Notes under the pieces: generated by a model
The model's database searches: none
The model's input: only the letters and a program-made list of their open reading frames with translations
What the model was told of the DNA's origin: nothing
Shown: piece after piece, positions 1 through 9,037 of the stretch
How positions within the stretch are numbered: position 1 is the first letter of the stretch
Layout of the letters: the number at the start of each line of letters is the position of its first letter
Made by a program: the position numbers and the translations under genes
Source: an uncultured Oscillospiraceae bacterium
GTDB lineage: Bacteria > Bacillota > Clostridia > Christensenellales > CAG-314
Reading direction: 5' to 3'
NCBI GenBank assembly: GCA_964607155.1
Contig: CAZSIF010000001.1
Coordinates: 52,511-116,510 of the forward strand
DNA length: 64,000 nucleotides

Positions 1-542
1 CGCTTGTTGGAATTTTGGACGGTGACCAAAGCCTGCATCACGACGACTATCTTGCAACGGAACGGACGTTTCAGCTTATAACGCAGGTTGCGGGGCGGAG
101 TGGACGAGATAAGCAAATCGGTCGTGTGGTTATGCAAACGTATACGCCAAATCATTATTGCCTTCAACTTGCGGCAAGACAGGATTATATGTCCTTTTAC
201 CGTCGCGAAATTAACCTGAGAGAAGCAACGATGTTTCCGCCTTTTTCCGAAATTATCCGCATTTTATATCAGGGCGAAAACGAAAAGGCTTGCATTGACC
301 TGTTGACTGAGCAATACGCATTGCTTAGTGATTTAAAACAGCAAAATTCCGCAGATTTTTTGTATATGGATAAAATGCGTTGTCCGTTACGGCGTGCGGA
401 GAATAAGTATAGATTTCAAATTTTATTGAAAATTACAACAAGCAGTGTTGAGCGACTGCTACCGCATATTTTTGAGGCGTGTTCAAAAAAGAATAATTCC
501 GTACAGGTTTTTGCAGAGCGCAATCCGCAAAATTTATCCTGA
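1..542 (+). CDS. priA: Primosomal protein N' (PriA helicase), C-terminal fragment; the 5' end lies outside the window
   Basis: The frame is open from nt 3. The translation LVGILDGDQSLHHDDYLATERTFQLITQVAGRSGR matches the conserved PriA C-terminal helicase block. It is followed by def-fmt, as in the canonical priA-def-fmt cluster. Confidence 0.85.
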   Translation, partial: LVGILDGDQSLHHDDYLATERTFQLITQVAGRSGRDKQIGRVVMQTYTPNHYCLQLAARQDYMSFYRREINLREATMFPPFSEIIRILYQGENEKACIDLLTEQYALLSDLKQQNSADFLYMDKMRCPLRRAENKYRFQILLKITTSSVERLLPHIFEACSKKNNSVQVFAERNPQNLS

Positions 543-579
543 TAGGGATAATGCGGTAAGATAAACGATAGAGGAAAAT

Positions 580-1038
580 ATGGCAAAAAGAAATATTGTA
601 AAAATGGGCGATCCTGTTTTGCGTAAAACTTGCAAACCGGTGGAAGTATTTGATGCAAAGTTGGCGCAATTATTGGATGATATGTGGGATACTCTGCATT
701 ATGCCGAAGGATTGGGCTTGGCTGCGCCACAGGTGGGTATATTAAAACGTGTTTGTGTTGTTGAGTACAATGAGCAACGATTTGAGCTTATTAATCCGAT
801 ACTAAAAAAGAGTTCGGGTAAATGCGTTGATAACGAGGGGTGTTTATCGGTTCAAGGTTTTAGGGGATTGGTTGAGCGCCCACAAGTGGTGGATATAGAG
901 TACTTTGATCGCAATGGTAAAAAACATTCTCAGCATGCGGAAGGGTATTTTGGTAGAGTTTTTTTGCACGAAATGGATCATCTTGACGGTATCCTATTTT
1001 GTGACAAGATGATAAAAAAGATTGTTGACGACGATTAA
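580..1038 (+). CDS. def: Peptide deformylase
   Basis: 152 aa with the three deformylase motifs GLGLAAPQVG, EGCLS and HEMDH. AGAGGA lies upstream of the ATG. Confidence 0.95.
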   Translation: MAKRNIVKMGDPVLRKTCKPVEVFDAKLAQLLDDMWDTLHYAEGLGLAAPQVGILKRVCVVEYNEQRFELINPILKKSSGKCVDNEGCLSVQGFRGLVERPQVVDIEYFDRNGKKHSQHAEGYFGRVFLHEMDHLDGILFCDKMIKKIVDDD

Positions 1039-1110
1039 TTCTGACTGACGTCCGCTTTAGAGGAGCTATTTGAAAAATAGATAATTTCAAATCACAAAAA
1101 TATAAATATT

Positions 1111-1123
1111 TATTTTAGACATA
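1111..1123 (+). promoter_or_regulatory. Recurrent 13-mer TATTTTAGACATA, copy 1 (upstream of fmt)
   Basis: Exact 13-mer, with 29 nt between the motif and the fmt ATG. Confidence 0.35.
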
Positions 1124-1152
1124 GCAAAATAAATTTGTAAAATGGTGGTAAA

Positions 1153-2082
1153 ATGAAGGTTATTTTCTTGGGAACGCCGAATTTTGGCATTCCTGCGCTT
1201 AATATGCTGTACGAAAAGCACGAGTTGCTTGCGTGTGTTTGTCAGCCTGATAAGCTCGGCGCAAGGGGCAAAACTGAGTTTTGCGCAGTCAAAAAGTTTG
1301 CTTTGTCGCACAATGTGCCGCTTTTTCAGTTTGAAAAAATTTCCCGCGATGGTGTTGACGTACTAAAGCAGCTTGCGCCCGACATTATGGTAACGGCTGC
1401 ATACGGACAGATACTTTCACAGGAAGTTATCGATATTGCACCTCACGGCATAATTAACATTCACGGTTCTCTTTTGCCTGCCTTGCGCGGTGCGGCACCG
1501 ATACAATATGCTGTTTTGCAAGGATTACAGGTAACGGGCGTTTCAATTTTGAAAACCGTCAAGCGCGTGGATGCGGGCGACGTTGTTTTGCAAAAAGCTA
1601 TCGATATTTTACCGTATGAAACAAATGGAGAGCTGTTTGAGCGAATATCCGTTTTGGGTGCGCAGGCGCTTGAGGAGGCACTCGAACAAATAACTACTGG
1701 AACGGCTGTGTTCACTCCGCAGGACGAGGATAAGGCAACTTTTTGCTCTAAAATTACTGCTGATATGGAAAAAATTGATTGGAATAAGCCGTGTTGTAAG
1801 GTTATCAATCTGGTGCGTGCATTGTGCCCGTCGCCGTGTGCATGGACTACTTTGGGCGGCAAACGATTGCGTATTTATAAGCTTACGAGCTGCGAGCAAG
1901 CCTTTGACGGTGTTCCCGGGCAAGTTGTTTTGCGTACAAAAAAACAACTGGCTGTAATGTGCGCGGACGGAGCTGTTTTTGTAAATGAGCTTCAAAAGGA
2001 AAACTCAAAGAGAATGGATATTGCCGCTTTTTTGTGCGGTAGCAATATTTCGGTCGGAACAGTTTTAGGAGCGGATAAATGA
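1153..2082 (+). CDS. fmt: Methionyl-tRNA formyltransferase
   Basis: 309 aa with the formyltransferase core IINIHGSLLPALRGAAPIQ. GGTGG SD. The stop overlaps the rsmB start. Confidence 0.95.
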   Translation: MKVIFLGTPNFGIPALNMLYEKHELLACVCQPDKLGARGKTEFCAVKKFALSHNVPLFQFEKISRDGVDVLKQLAPDIMVTAAYGQILSQEVIDIAPHGIINIHGSLLPALRGAAPIQYAVLQGLQVTGVSILKTVKRVDAGDVVLQKAIDILPYETNGELFERISVLGAQALEEALEQITTGTAVFTPQDEDKATFCSKITADMEKIDWNKPCCKVINLVRALCPSPCAWTTLGGKRLRIYKLTSCEQAFDGVPGQVVLRTKKQLAVMCADGAVFVNELQKENSKRMDIAAFLCGSNISVGTVLGADK

Positions 2083-3347
2083 ACGCTGCTTTTGTGAAGG
2101 CATTCGAAACGCTTTCCTCTGTATATAATGATGGCGCATTTTCCACATTAACGCTAAACAAGCAGTTGTTGTATACTCGCAAACAGGATAAGGCGCTTGT
2201 TACACGGATTGTTTACGGCGTGCTTGAAAACGACCTGCATCTGCAATGGATAATATCTAAATTCGTTAAAAAGCTGCCTAAGGGTGATACGCTAATTTAT
2301 CTAAAAATCGGCGTTTTTTGCTTGAAGTTTCTATCTATTCCGCCGTATGCTGTCGTTAATGATGTGGCGGAACTTTCAAAACTGAGTGAGGATAGGCGTT
2401 TGGTCGGTTTTGTGAACGCAACGCTAAAAACAGTTGCGGCGCAAATAGCAAATTTCAATGACTATCCGACCGATATGGACGAACTATTGTCAGTTAAGTA
2501 TTCATATCCGTTGTGGGCTGTTAAAAAGCTTATCAAGGATTACGGGCGTGAGGTTGCTGAAAAAATAATATGTAACCCGTCGGATAACCGTTCGGTTATT
2601 CGTTTTTACAATCCGAACTTTGCTACAGATTTTGAACGCTCGCGCGGGGTAGAGCTTGTGCCCACGGTGTTTGAGGACGCCTTTTATGCCCGTGGTAGTG
2701 CGGGGGAACCAAACGAGCAATTTACCTATCAGGCGTTAGCTTCTATGGCTATTGCAAGAATATGCGCTTTCGATGTTGGTGATAAATTTTTGGATTGCTG
2801 CTCGGCGCCGGGCGGAAAGTCTGTCTATCTAAAACAGCTTTGTCCGCAAGTGCAAGTGACGACTTGTGACGTTCACGAGCACAGAGTGGCGTTGATTGAG
2901 GCATATGCAAGGCGCATGGGGGTTGAGCTATCGACCTTGTGCCACGATATGACTGTTCCTATCGAGGCTTTTGCTGACGGCTTCAATACGGTGCTGTGCG
3001 ACGCTCCCTGCAGCGGTTTTGGGGTATTGGATAGCCGCCCCGATATAAAGCTTTTCCGTGAGAATAAGGATATATCGGATTTGATGAAGCTGCAATACGC
3101 ACTGTTGGATACTTGCTGCAAATATGTCAAGCGAGGCGGACGCCTTGTTTATTCAACCTGTACTGTGTTCGATAATGAAAACGGGCAAAATGTGCGCAAG
3201 TTTTTGAAAAACCATTCGGATTTTAAGCTTGGAAAAATATCTCTGCCGCAGTTTCCTGAAGCTGACGGACAGGGTTTTTATCAATTTTTGCCGTACAAGG
3301 ATAACACGCAAGGGTTTTATGTCGCCGTATTGGAACGCATAGAGTAA
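2079..3347 (+). CDS. rsmB: 16S rRNA (cytosine967-C5)-methyltransferase RsmB/Sun
   Basis: 422 aa. NusB-like N-domain plus a SAM methyltransferase domain with DCCSAPGGKS, DAPCSG and YSTCT. Confidence 0.9.
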   Translation: MNAAFVKAFETLSSVYNDGAFSTLTLNKQLLYTRKQDKALVTRIVYGVLENDLHLQWIISKFVKKLPKGDTLIYLKIGVFCLKFLSIPPYAVVNDVAELSKLSEDRRLVGFVNATLKTVAAQIANFNDYPTDMDELLSVKYSYPLWAVKKLIKDYGREVAEKIICNPSDNRSVIRFYNPNFATDFERSRGVELVPTVFEDAFYARGSAGEPNEQFTYQALASMAIARICAFDVGDKFLDCCSAPGGKSVYLKQLCPQVQVTTCDVHEHRVALIEAYARRMGVELSTLCHDMTVPIEAFADGFNTVLCDAPCSGFGVLDSRPDIKLFRENKDISDLMKLQYALLDTCCKYVKRGGRLVYSTCTVFDNENGQNVRKFLKNHSDFKLGKISLPQFPEADGQGFYQFLPYKDNTQGFYVAVLERIE

Positions 3348-3505
3348 TGTGTTGTATTTGTAATGCGAAAAAGCGGAAAGCAAAATAACTCGCGAATGGC
3401 GTGGTGTAGCTTAATGTATTTTGCTTGGTTGTTTTTGTAAATCCGAACGTTTTTATGTGGAAAACAGTCACTAAAATAGACTTTATGTCCTCTTTAATTA
3501 TATAA

Positions 3506-4558
3506 ATGATAATACTAAACGATTTTAATCGAGAAGAATTGACGACATTTGTCGTGGAAAAATATGGCGTAAAGCCCTATGTTGGTAAGCAAATCTTTGA
3601 TTGGCTTACAAGAGGGGCGAATTTCGACCAGATGTCGAACGTCGCAAAAGCTTTGCGTGAAAGGCTTAAGGCGGATTGCGTTGCCGTTTCGGCAAAAATA
3701 ATCAAAACTTTGACTTCTGAAAAGGACGGCACGGCAAAGTTTTTGTTTAAGCTTTGGGATGGCAATGTGGTCGAAGGCGTGCTGATGAGCTATAAATATG
3801 GCAACACGTTGTGTGTTTCGTCGCAGGTTGGCTGTAGAATGGGCTGTCGCTTTTGTGCAAGCACGTTGGGCGGACTTGTCCGAAATTTATCTGCAGGCGA
3901 AATTTTAGGGCAAGTTTTGGCTGTCAATGCTTTGGGCGATGGCAAAAAACGTCACGTTACAAATATCGTGATGATGGGTAGCGGTGAGCCGTTGGATAAT
4001 TTTGAAAACGTAACAAAATTTTTGCGGTTGGTTTCTGCGGAAGAGGGGCTAAATATCTCATTGCGAAATATATCCCTTTCGACCTGTGGGCTTGTTCCGC
4101 AAATGCAACAGCTTGCCGATATGGGCTTTCACGTTAACTTGACTTTGTCCTTGCATAATGCAGATAACGAGCAGCGCAAGCAAATAATGCCTGTTACAAA
4201 AGCGTATTCGGTTGAGCAAGCGGTTGCGGCTTGCAGATATTATTTTGAGCACACGGGCAGACGGGTTATCGTGGAGTACACCCTTATAGATGGACAAAAC
4301 GACAGTTATTCACATGCACTAAAGCTTGCGCATTTGCTGCGAGGAATGTCTGTGCACGTCAACGTGATTGCCTTGAATCCTGTCAAAGAAACGGGGCTAA
4401 AGGGAACAAGCGAGGCAACGCTACGCAAGTTTTTGCAATATTTGCAAAAGCTGGGTATATCTGCAACTCGCCGTCGGACGATGGGACAAGATATAGAGGG
4501 CGCCTGCGGGCAACTACGAAAGAGATATTTGCAGGGAAACGACGATGAAAACGCTTGA
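3506..4558 (+). CDS. rlmN: 23S rRNA/tRNA (adenine-C2)-methyltransferase RlmN (radical SAM)
   Basis: 350 aa with CRMGCRFC (CxxxCxxC), GSGEPL and a C-terminal ACGQL. No SD is visible; the start context is TATATAAATGATAA. Confidence 0.92.
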   Translation: MIILNDFNREELTTFVVEKYGVKPYVGKQIFDWLTRGANFDQMSNVAKALRERLKADCVAVSAKIIKTLTSEKDGTAKFLFKLWDGNVVEGVLMSYKYGNTLCVSSQVGCRMGCRFCASTLGGLVRNLSAGEILGQVLAVNALGDGKKRHVTNIVMMGSGEPLDNFENVTKFLRLVSAEEGLNISLRNISLSTCGLVPQMQQLADMGFHVNLTLSLHNADNEQRKQIMPVTKAYSVEQAVAACRYYFEHTGRRVIVEYTLIDGQNDSYSHALKLAHLLRGMSVHVNVIALNPVKETGLKGTSEATLRKFLQYLQKLGISATRRRTMGQDIEGACGQLRKRYLQGNDDENA

Positions 4559-5414
4559 TGGAGTTGTGGTAAAGGCGGTCGGCGGCGTTTTTAACGTGTT
4601 GACCGATAGCGGCGAAATAATTTGCTTTTCGCCAAAAAAAATACGCTACAAGGCTGATGACCCTGTTGTTGGCGATAGGGTTTGCGTTGAGATGCTCAAC
4701 AATAAGCGTGGCGTTATCCAAAAGGTTTTGCCGCGGAAAAATCTGCTTTCACGTCCCGAGCTTGCCAATGTTGACGTGTGTTTTATTTCTATAGCTCCGT
4801 CGCCTCAGCCCGATTTTGGTTTGGCGGATAAGATTCTTATCAACTGCTTTAAGCAGGGGATTACTCCTGTTATTTTGGTAAATAAAATTGATATTTCGTC
4901 CGATTTATTGGAGCGCGCAAAAAATAATTACGGAAAAATCGCCGACGTTATTGGCGTGTGCGCTGCACAAAACGACGTTAATGCCATTTCGCCGTATATC
5001 AAAGGTAACCTTGTTTGTTTTGCAGGGCAATCGGCTGTGGGCAAAACCTCGATTTTAAATGCCATTTCCGATGGGCTGGATGAAAAAGTTGGCGGAATAA
5101 GCCAAAAATCGGGCAGGGGAACTCATACCACGCGACATATTGGTATTCATAGCATTGGTGGAGGTTTGGTTGCCGATACCTGTGGTTTTTCTCTGTGTGA
5201 TATTGATGGGGTTCGCTCGGATGAGATAAGATTGTATTTTGACGATTTGGTTGAAATCGGACACGGTTGCAGATTTTCATCATGCACGCACACTGTCGAG
5301 CCTGATTGCGCCGTTAAAACAGCAGTTGCCGGCGGACATTTTTGCAGTGAACGCTATGATAGATATGTTGAATTGTGTAACGAGTTGTTAGTGGCAGAAA
5401 AAACAAAGTTTTAG
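4545..5414 (+). CDS. rsgA: Ribosome small-subunit biogenesis GTPase RsgA
   Basis: 289 aa circularly permuted GTPase with NKID, GQSAVGKTS and a C-terminal zinc knuckle (CRFSSCTHTVEPDC). Overlaps rlmN by 14 nt. Confidence 0.9.
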   Translation: MKTLDGVVVKAVGGVFNVLTDSGEIICFSPKKIRYKADDPVVGDRVCVEMLNNKRGVIQKVLPRKNLLSRPELANVDVCFISIAPSPQPDFGLADKILINCFKQGITPVILVNKIDISSDLLERAKNNYGKIADVIGVCAAQNDVNAISPYIKGNLVCFAGQSAVGKTSILNAISDGLDEKVGGISQKSGRGTHTTRHIGIHSIGGGLVADTCGFSLCDIDGVRSDEIRLYFDDLVEIGHGCRFSSCTHTVEPDCAVKTAVAGGHFCSERYDRYVELCNELLVAEKTKF

Positions 5415-5613
5415 CTTATTCGCGCTTGTTTTTGTCTAAAATTATTATTGGTTTTTGCAATTTGCAGAATACTATGCCACACATATATGTCATGTATATA
5501 TAAAAACCTCAAGCGATTAAATGGCGCGTGCTTAAATTTGTTTTAAAATTAAACGCACAACTATTCAGCTTGGCAATTTGCCAAGTGTGCGCTTGAAAAA
5601 TAAGGAGTTATTT

Positions 5614-6249
5614 ATGGTTTACATTAGTCCGTCGATACTGAACTGTAATTTTGCAAGGCTTGAGGAGGAGTGCGTATCTCTTGAAAAAAGCGGGGCGGAT
5701 TGGATTCACTGTGACGTAATGGATGGCAAATTTGTGTCCAACATATCCTTTGGCGCGTCCATTGTCGGTGCCGTGAACGGTTGCGTGAGCATTCCGCTGG
5801 ACGTGCATTTGATGATAGATGAGCCGATACGATATGCAGACGATTTTGCAAAAGCAGGTGCGAACATAATTACATTTCACGTTGAGGCAACCGATAAGGT
5901 TCAGCAAACTATTGAACGCATTAAGTCACACGGTGTAAAGGTTGGGATTTCTGTAAAACCGAGCACTCCTGTGAGTTCTATTGCGCCTTATGCAAAGGAC
6001 ATCGATTTGGTTCTTATTATGTCTGTTGAACCCGGATTTGGAGGACAAAGTTTTATGCCGCAGGTTGTGGATAAGATAGCTGAAGCTCGACGTATGTGTC
6101 CGAACGCCATTATCGAAGTGGACGGCGGCATTAATGAAAGTAATGTTGGGCTTGTTTTGGCGGCTGGCGCAAACGCCATTGTTGCCGGAAGCTCTGTTAT
6201 AGGCGCAAGCGACCGAACGGCAATTATAAAAAAATTGCGTATGCGGTAG
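5614..6249 (+). CDS. rpe: Ribulose-phosphate 3-epimerase
   Basis: AAGGAG lies 6 nt upstream of ATG 5614; the track's 5578 TTG start is an upstream extension. Motifs HCDVMDG, HLMI and VEPGFGGQ. Confidence 0.93.
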   Translation: MVYISPSILNCNFARLEEECVSLEKSGADWIHCDVMDGKFVSNISFGASIVGAVNGCVSIPLDVHLMIDEPIRYADDFAKAGANIITFHVEATDKVQQTIERIKSHGVKVGISVKPSTPVSSIAPYAKDIDLVLIMSVEPGFGGQSFMPQVVDKIAEARRMCPNAIIEVDGGINESNVGLVLAAGANAIVAGSSVIGASDRTAIIKKLRMR

Positions 6250-6501
6250 CATTTTGTGAAAAACACGCATATATTGTAAGGCGTGAGGTTATTATTTGAA
6301 GGGTAAAATTATTTGCATAAAATTGCCGCCGGTAATCGGAAAAATTTTGCAAATCGTTGCGGCAAGGCTTGTGTGCGGTAAATGATTTTTTGATTGAAAA
6401 AAGGGTGACGAGTAGACGCTTTATCCGTCAAAGCTTGTTTTTGCAAGCGGGCGGTCGGCGCATCCGTCATCCTTTTACTTTATTGATATTTTTTTTGTGC
6501 G

Positions 6502-7452
6502 TTAATTTGCGTTTGCGGTGTCGGAATTTTGTTTGCTAAATACTCGTTTAAAAAGTTTATTTATCGGTGTAAAACAGCGTGGATATAAACCGACAAGTAC
6601 AAAGGTTACAATAGCATATCGTGCGACTCTGAAATATCGCTCAAAGATTTGATTTGTGGCAATAAGTGTTGCAAACGGCAACTTTATCAGTTCGTTAAGC
6701 GCAAGAAAACCGCCAAGCCCAACTGCCGAGCGTAACAGGATTTTCCACCAAACGTTTGTTGGGGGAAAGCCGCCGAGTTTTTTGTTACACGCGATGGCTA
6801 CCGTTATGCCGATTGCCGCGCCATACCCTGTAAAGAAATCTGACGAATCGCAATAGAAAAATCCGACGAATCCTATTGCAAGTAAACCTAACCAAAGCAT
6901 AAGTGCATTTTTAACGTGCGTGAATGCAAAATCTATTAGAGCAAGGAAAACAAAGCCGAGCAGTAAGCCGCAAAGCACGTCGGTGAGGTAGTGTGCTCCG
7001 ACGTACATTCGGGCTAATGCAACTAAAACGGACAAAATAACCGCCGATATTGCGAGTGTTTTTCGTCTTGGCGAATTTACTTGTATGGCTGCATACGGGT
7101 ACAAGGCGGCTGAAATCATCGAGTGTCCGGACGGAAAACTGTAGCCTGATTCATCGCGTAAATTCTGTATACGTTCGTCGCTATTAAATGGGCGCTCCCT
7201 GCGAACGATGTTTTTTATTAAACTATTTGCAATAAAGCTTGTAAGTAGTGCGTATGCTAATTTTTCTCCTTTTTCTCGCGATGGTCCCCAGTAAATCACT
7301 GCAACAAGCGCAACGGCAATTTCTTTGCCGAACATGCTCAAAAAATTCATGACGTAGTATAAAAATGTGCCTTCGTCGCCAAGCGATTGTAACCAAATAA
7401 TTAGATTGTTTTCAAACGGCATTGACCAAACGGCACAGAGTCCTTCAAACAT
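6502..7452 (-). CDS. PAP2-family membrane phosphatase with a C-terminal multi-TM extension
   Basis: 316 aa with the PAP2 tripartite signature: RRERP, PSGH and ARMYVGAHYLTD. Hydrophobic helices run throughout. Confidence 0.8.
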   Translation of the reverse strand: MFEGLCAVWSMPFENNLIIWLQSLGDEGTFLYYVMNFLSMFGKEIAVALVAVIYWGPSREKGEKLAYALLTSFIANSLIKNIVRRERPFNSDERIQNLRDESGYSFPSGHSMISAALYPYAAIQVNSPRRKTLAISAVILSVLVALARMYVGAHYLTDVLCGLLLGFVFLALIDFAFTHVKNALMLWLGLLAIGFVGFFYCDSSDFFTGYGAAIGITVAIACNKKLGGFPPTNVWWKILLRSAVGLGGFLALNELIKLPFATLIATNQIFERYFRVARYAIVTFVLVGLYPRCFTPINKLFKRVFSKQNSDTANAN

Positions 7453-7698
7453 TTGTTGCTCCTTTTTTTGTCTTATTTTGATTTATTTTATCATATTGTG
7501 TCGCGTCATTCAACCCAATTACTCAAAATAATATCGATTTTCGTGCTCCTTTAGTGAAATTACTCTCAAATTCGACAAAATGTATAATAATACGTCTGAC
7601 ATAATTTGCCTTTTGTGATGAAAAATTGTAGCATAATGGGCATAAAGCGGCTGTTGTTGCAAATACTACACGCAAGCAAGGACCTATGGAGGTTTATT

Positions 7699-8832
7699 AT
7701 GAAAAGAATGTTTTATTTATTTTTATGCGGCGTGTTGCTTGCTTCATTATTGTGCGTTGCGTGTTGCGCGCAAGCATCGGACGAGGTGGCTATAACCGCA
7801 AAAGAGGCAATTTTAGTCGCCGAAAACGGTGAGGTGCTTTTTGAAAAGAATAGCTGCGAGCAGCGTCCAATTGCAAGCATGACTAAAATTATGACGTTGC
7901 TTTGTATTTACGATGCGATTAACAACGGCAGACTGGACTTGAACGACACTGTAACCGTAAGCTCGCGAGCGGCGTCGATGGGCGGCTCGCAGGTATTTTT
8001 GGAGGCGAACGGAAAATACAAGGCGGATGAGTTGATAAAATCCATTGTGGTTTGTTCCGCCAATGATAGCTGTGTTGCTTTGGCGGAGCATATTGAAGGC
8101 TCCGTCGAGGCTTTTGTGGATGTTATGAATAAAAAAGCCGCAACGCTTGGTTTGGATAATACATTGTTTGAAAACTGCACGGGTCTACCTGCCGTCAGTC
8201 AGCACTCTTGTGCTAAGGACGTTGCTATGATGATGCTTGAGCTTATCAAGCAACCGCATTATTTTTCTTGTGCAAAAATCTGGATGCAAGATTTTACTCA
8301 CCCCGACGGCAGAGTTACAGGAATGACCAACACCAACAGGCTTATTCGATTTTATAATGGCTGCGATGCGGGCAAAACCGGATACACTTCAGAGGCGAAG
8401 CATTGCTTATCGGCAACGGCAATGCGAAACGGTATGCGCGTTGTTTCTGTGATTGTGGGCGCAGATGACAGTAAAACTCGTTTTAACGAGGTATCGGCAC
8501 TTTTTGATTATGCGTTTGCGCGATACGAAAACAAAACTTATATTTCTAACGGAGCACAGGTTGGTGAAGTGGCGGTTAAGGGTGGCAAACAAAAAAGCGT
8601 TAACGTTGTCGCCAATGGAGCGTTGCAATATTTTGGGCGCAAGGGTGATGTGCAATGTGAGGTTGTTTGCGAACTAAAAGATATTGGCGTGCCAATAAAG
8701 AAGGGCGAAAAGGTTGGGATTGTGAGGCTTGTTCATGACGGAGCCGTTGTGGCAAGTGTTGATGCAGTTGCAGCTTGTGACGTCGAGGAAAAAACGTTTT
8801 GGGACTATTATAAACAAATTATTTGTGGATAG
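7699..8832 (+). CDS. D-alanyl-D-alanine carboxypeptidase (peptidase S11, PBP5/DacB-like)
   Basis: GGAGG lies 6 nt upstream of ATG 7699. Signal peptide MKRMFYLFLCGVLLASLLCVACCAQA. SxxK (SMTK), SxN (SAN) and KTG (AGKTGYT). The track ORF start at 7606 is probably an upstream extension. Confidence 0.85.
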   Translation: MKRMFYLFLCGVLLASLLCVACCAQASDEVAITAKEAILVAENGEVLFEKNSCEQRPIASMTKIMTLLCIYDAINNGRLDLNDTVTVSSRAASMGGSQVFLEANGKYKADELIKSIVVCSANDSCVALAEHIEGSVEAFVDVMNKKAATLGLDNTLFENCTGLPAVSQHSCAKDVAMMMLELIKQPHYFSCAKIWMQDFTHPDGRVTGMTNTNRLIRFYNGCDAGKTGYTSEAKHCLSATAMRNGMRVVSVIVGADDSKTRFNEVSALFDYAFARYENKTYISNGAQVGEVAVKGGKQKSVNVVANGALQYFGRKGDVQCEVVCELKDIGVPIKKGEKVGIVRLVHDGAVVASVDAVAACDVEEKTFWDYYKQIICG

Positions 8833-9037
8833 CTGTTTTAAAACGTCATCGACAATAGAGTATCTCTTGTAGCTTACGAAACGTCTGGCGTGTGCATATC
8901 GGGTAAAAACTTGCGGTATCTTTTTGTGCGTGTAACATTTGAGAGATTTTATTGAAATATTCTTGTGCAAAAGGAAACGACATTGGCTATGCGATAGGGC
9001 GGAATGTTTGATAGCTGATTTGCATTCTTTTTAAGAT

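Noticed and set aside
5569-5585. Reading the rpe palindrome as a sigma-54 promoter (TGGCA...TTGC)
   Set aside because: The GG-to-GC spacing is 8 nt instead of 10, and no enhancer-binding protein context is present.
7606-7698. A 31-codon in-frame N-terminal extension of the carboxypeptidase (MPFVMKNCS...)
   Set aside because: A perfect signal peptide with a GGAGG SD starts at 7699. I kept it as a caveat only because the first codons are shared with the U32 locus (see the finding at 7517-7626).
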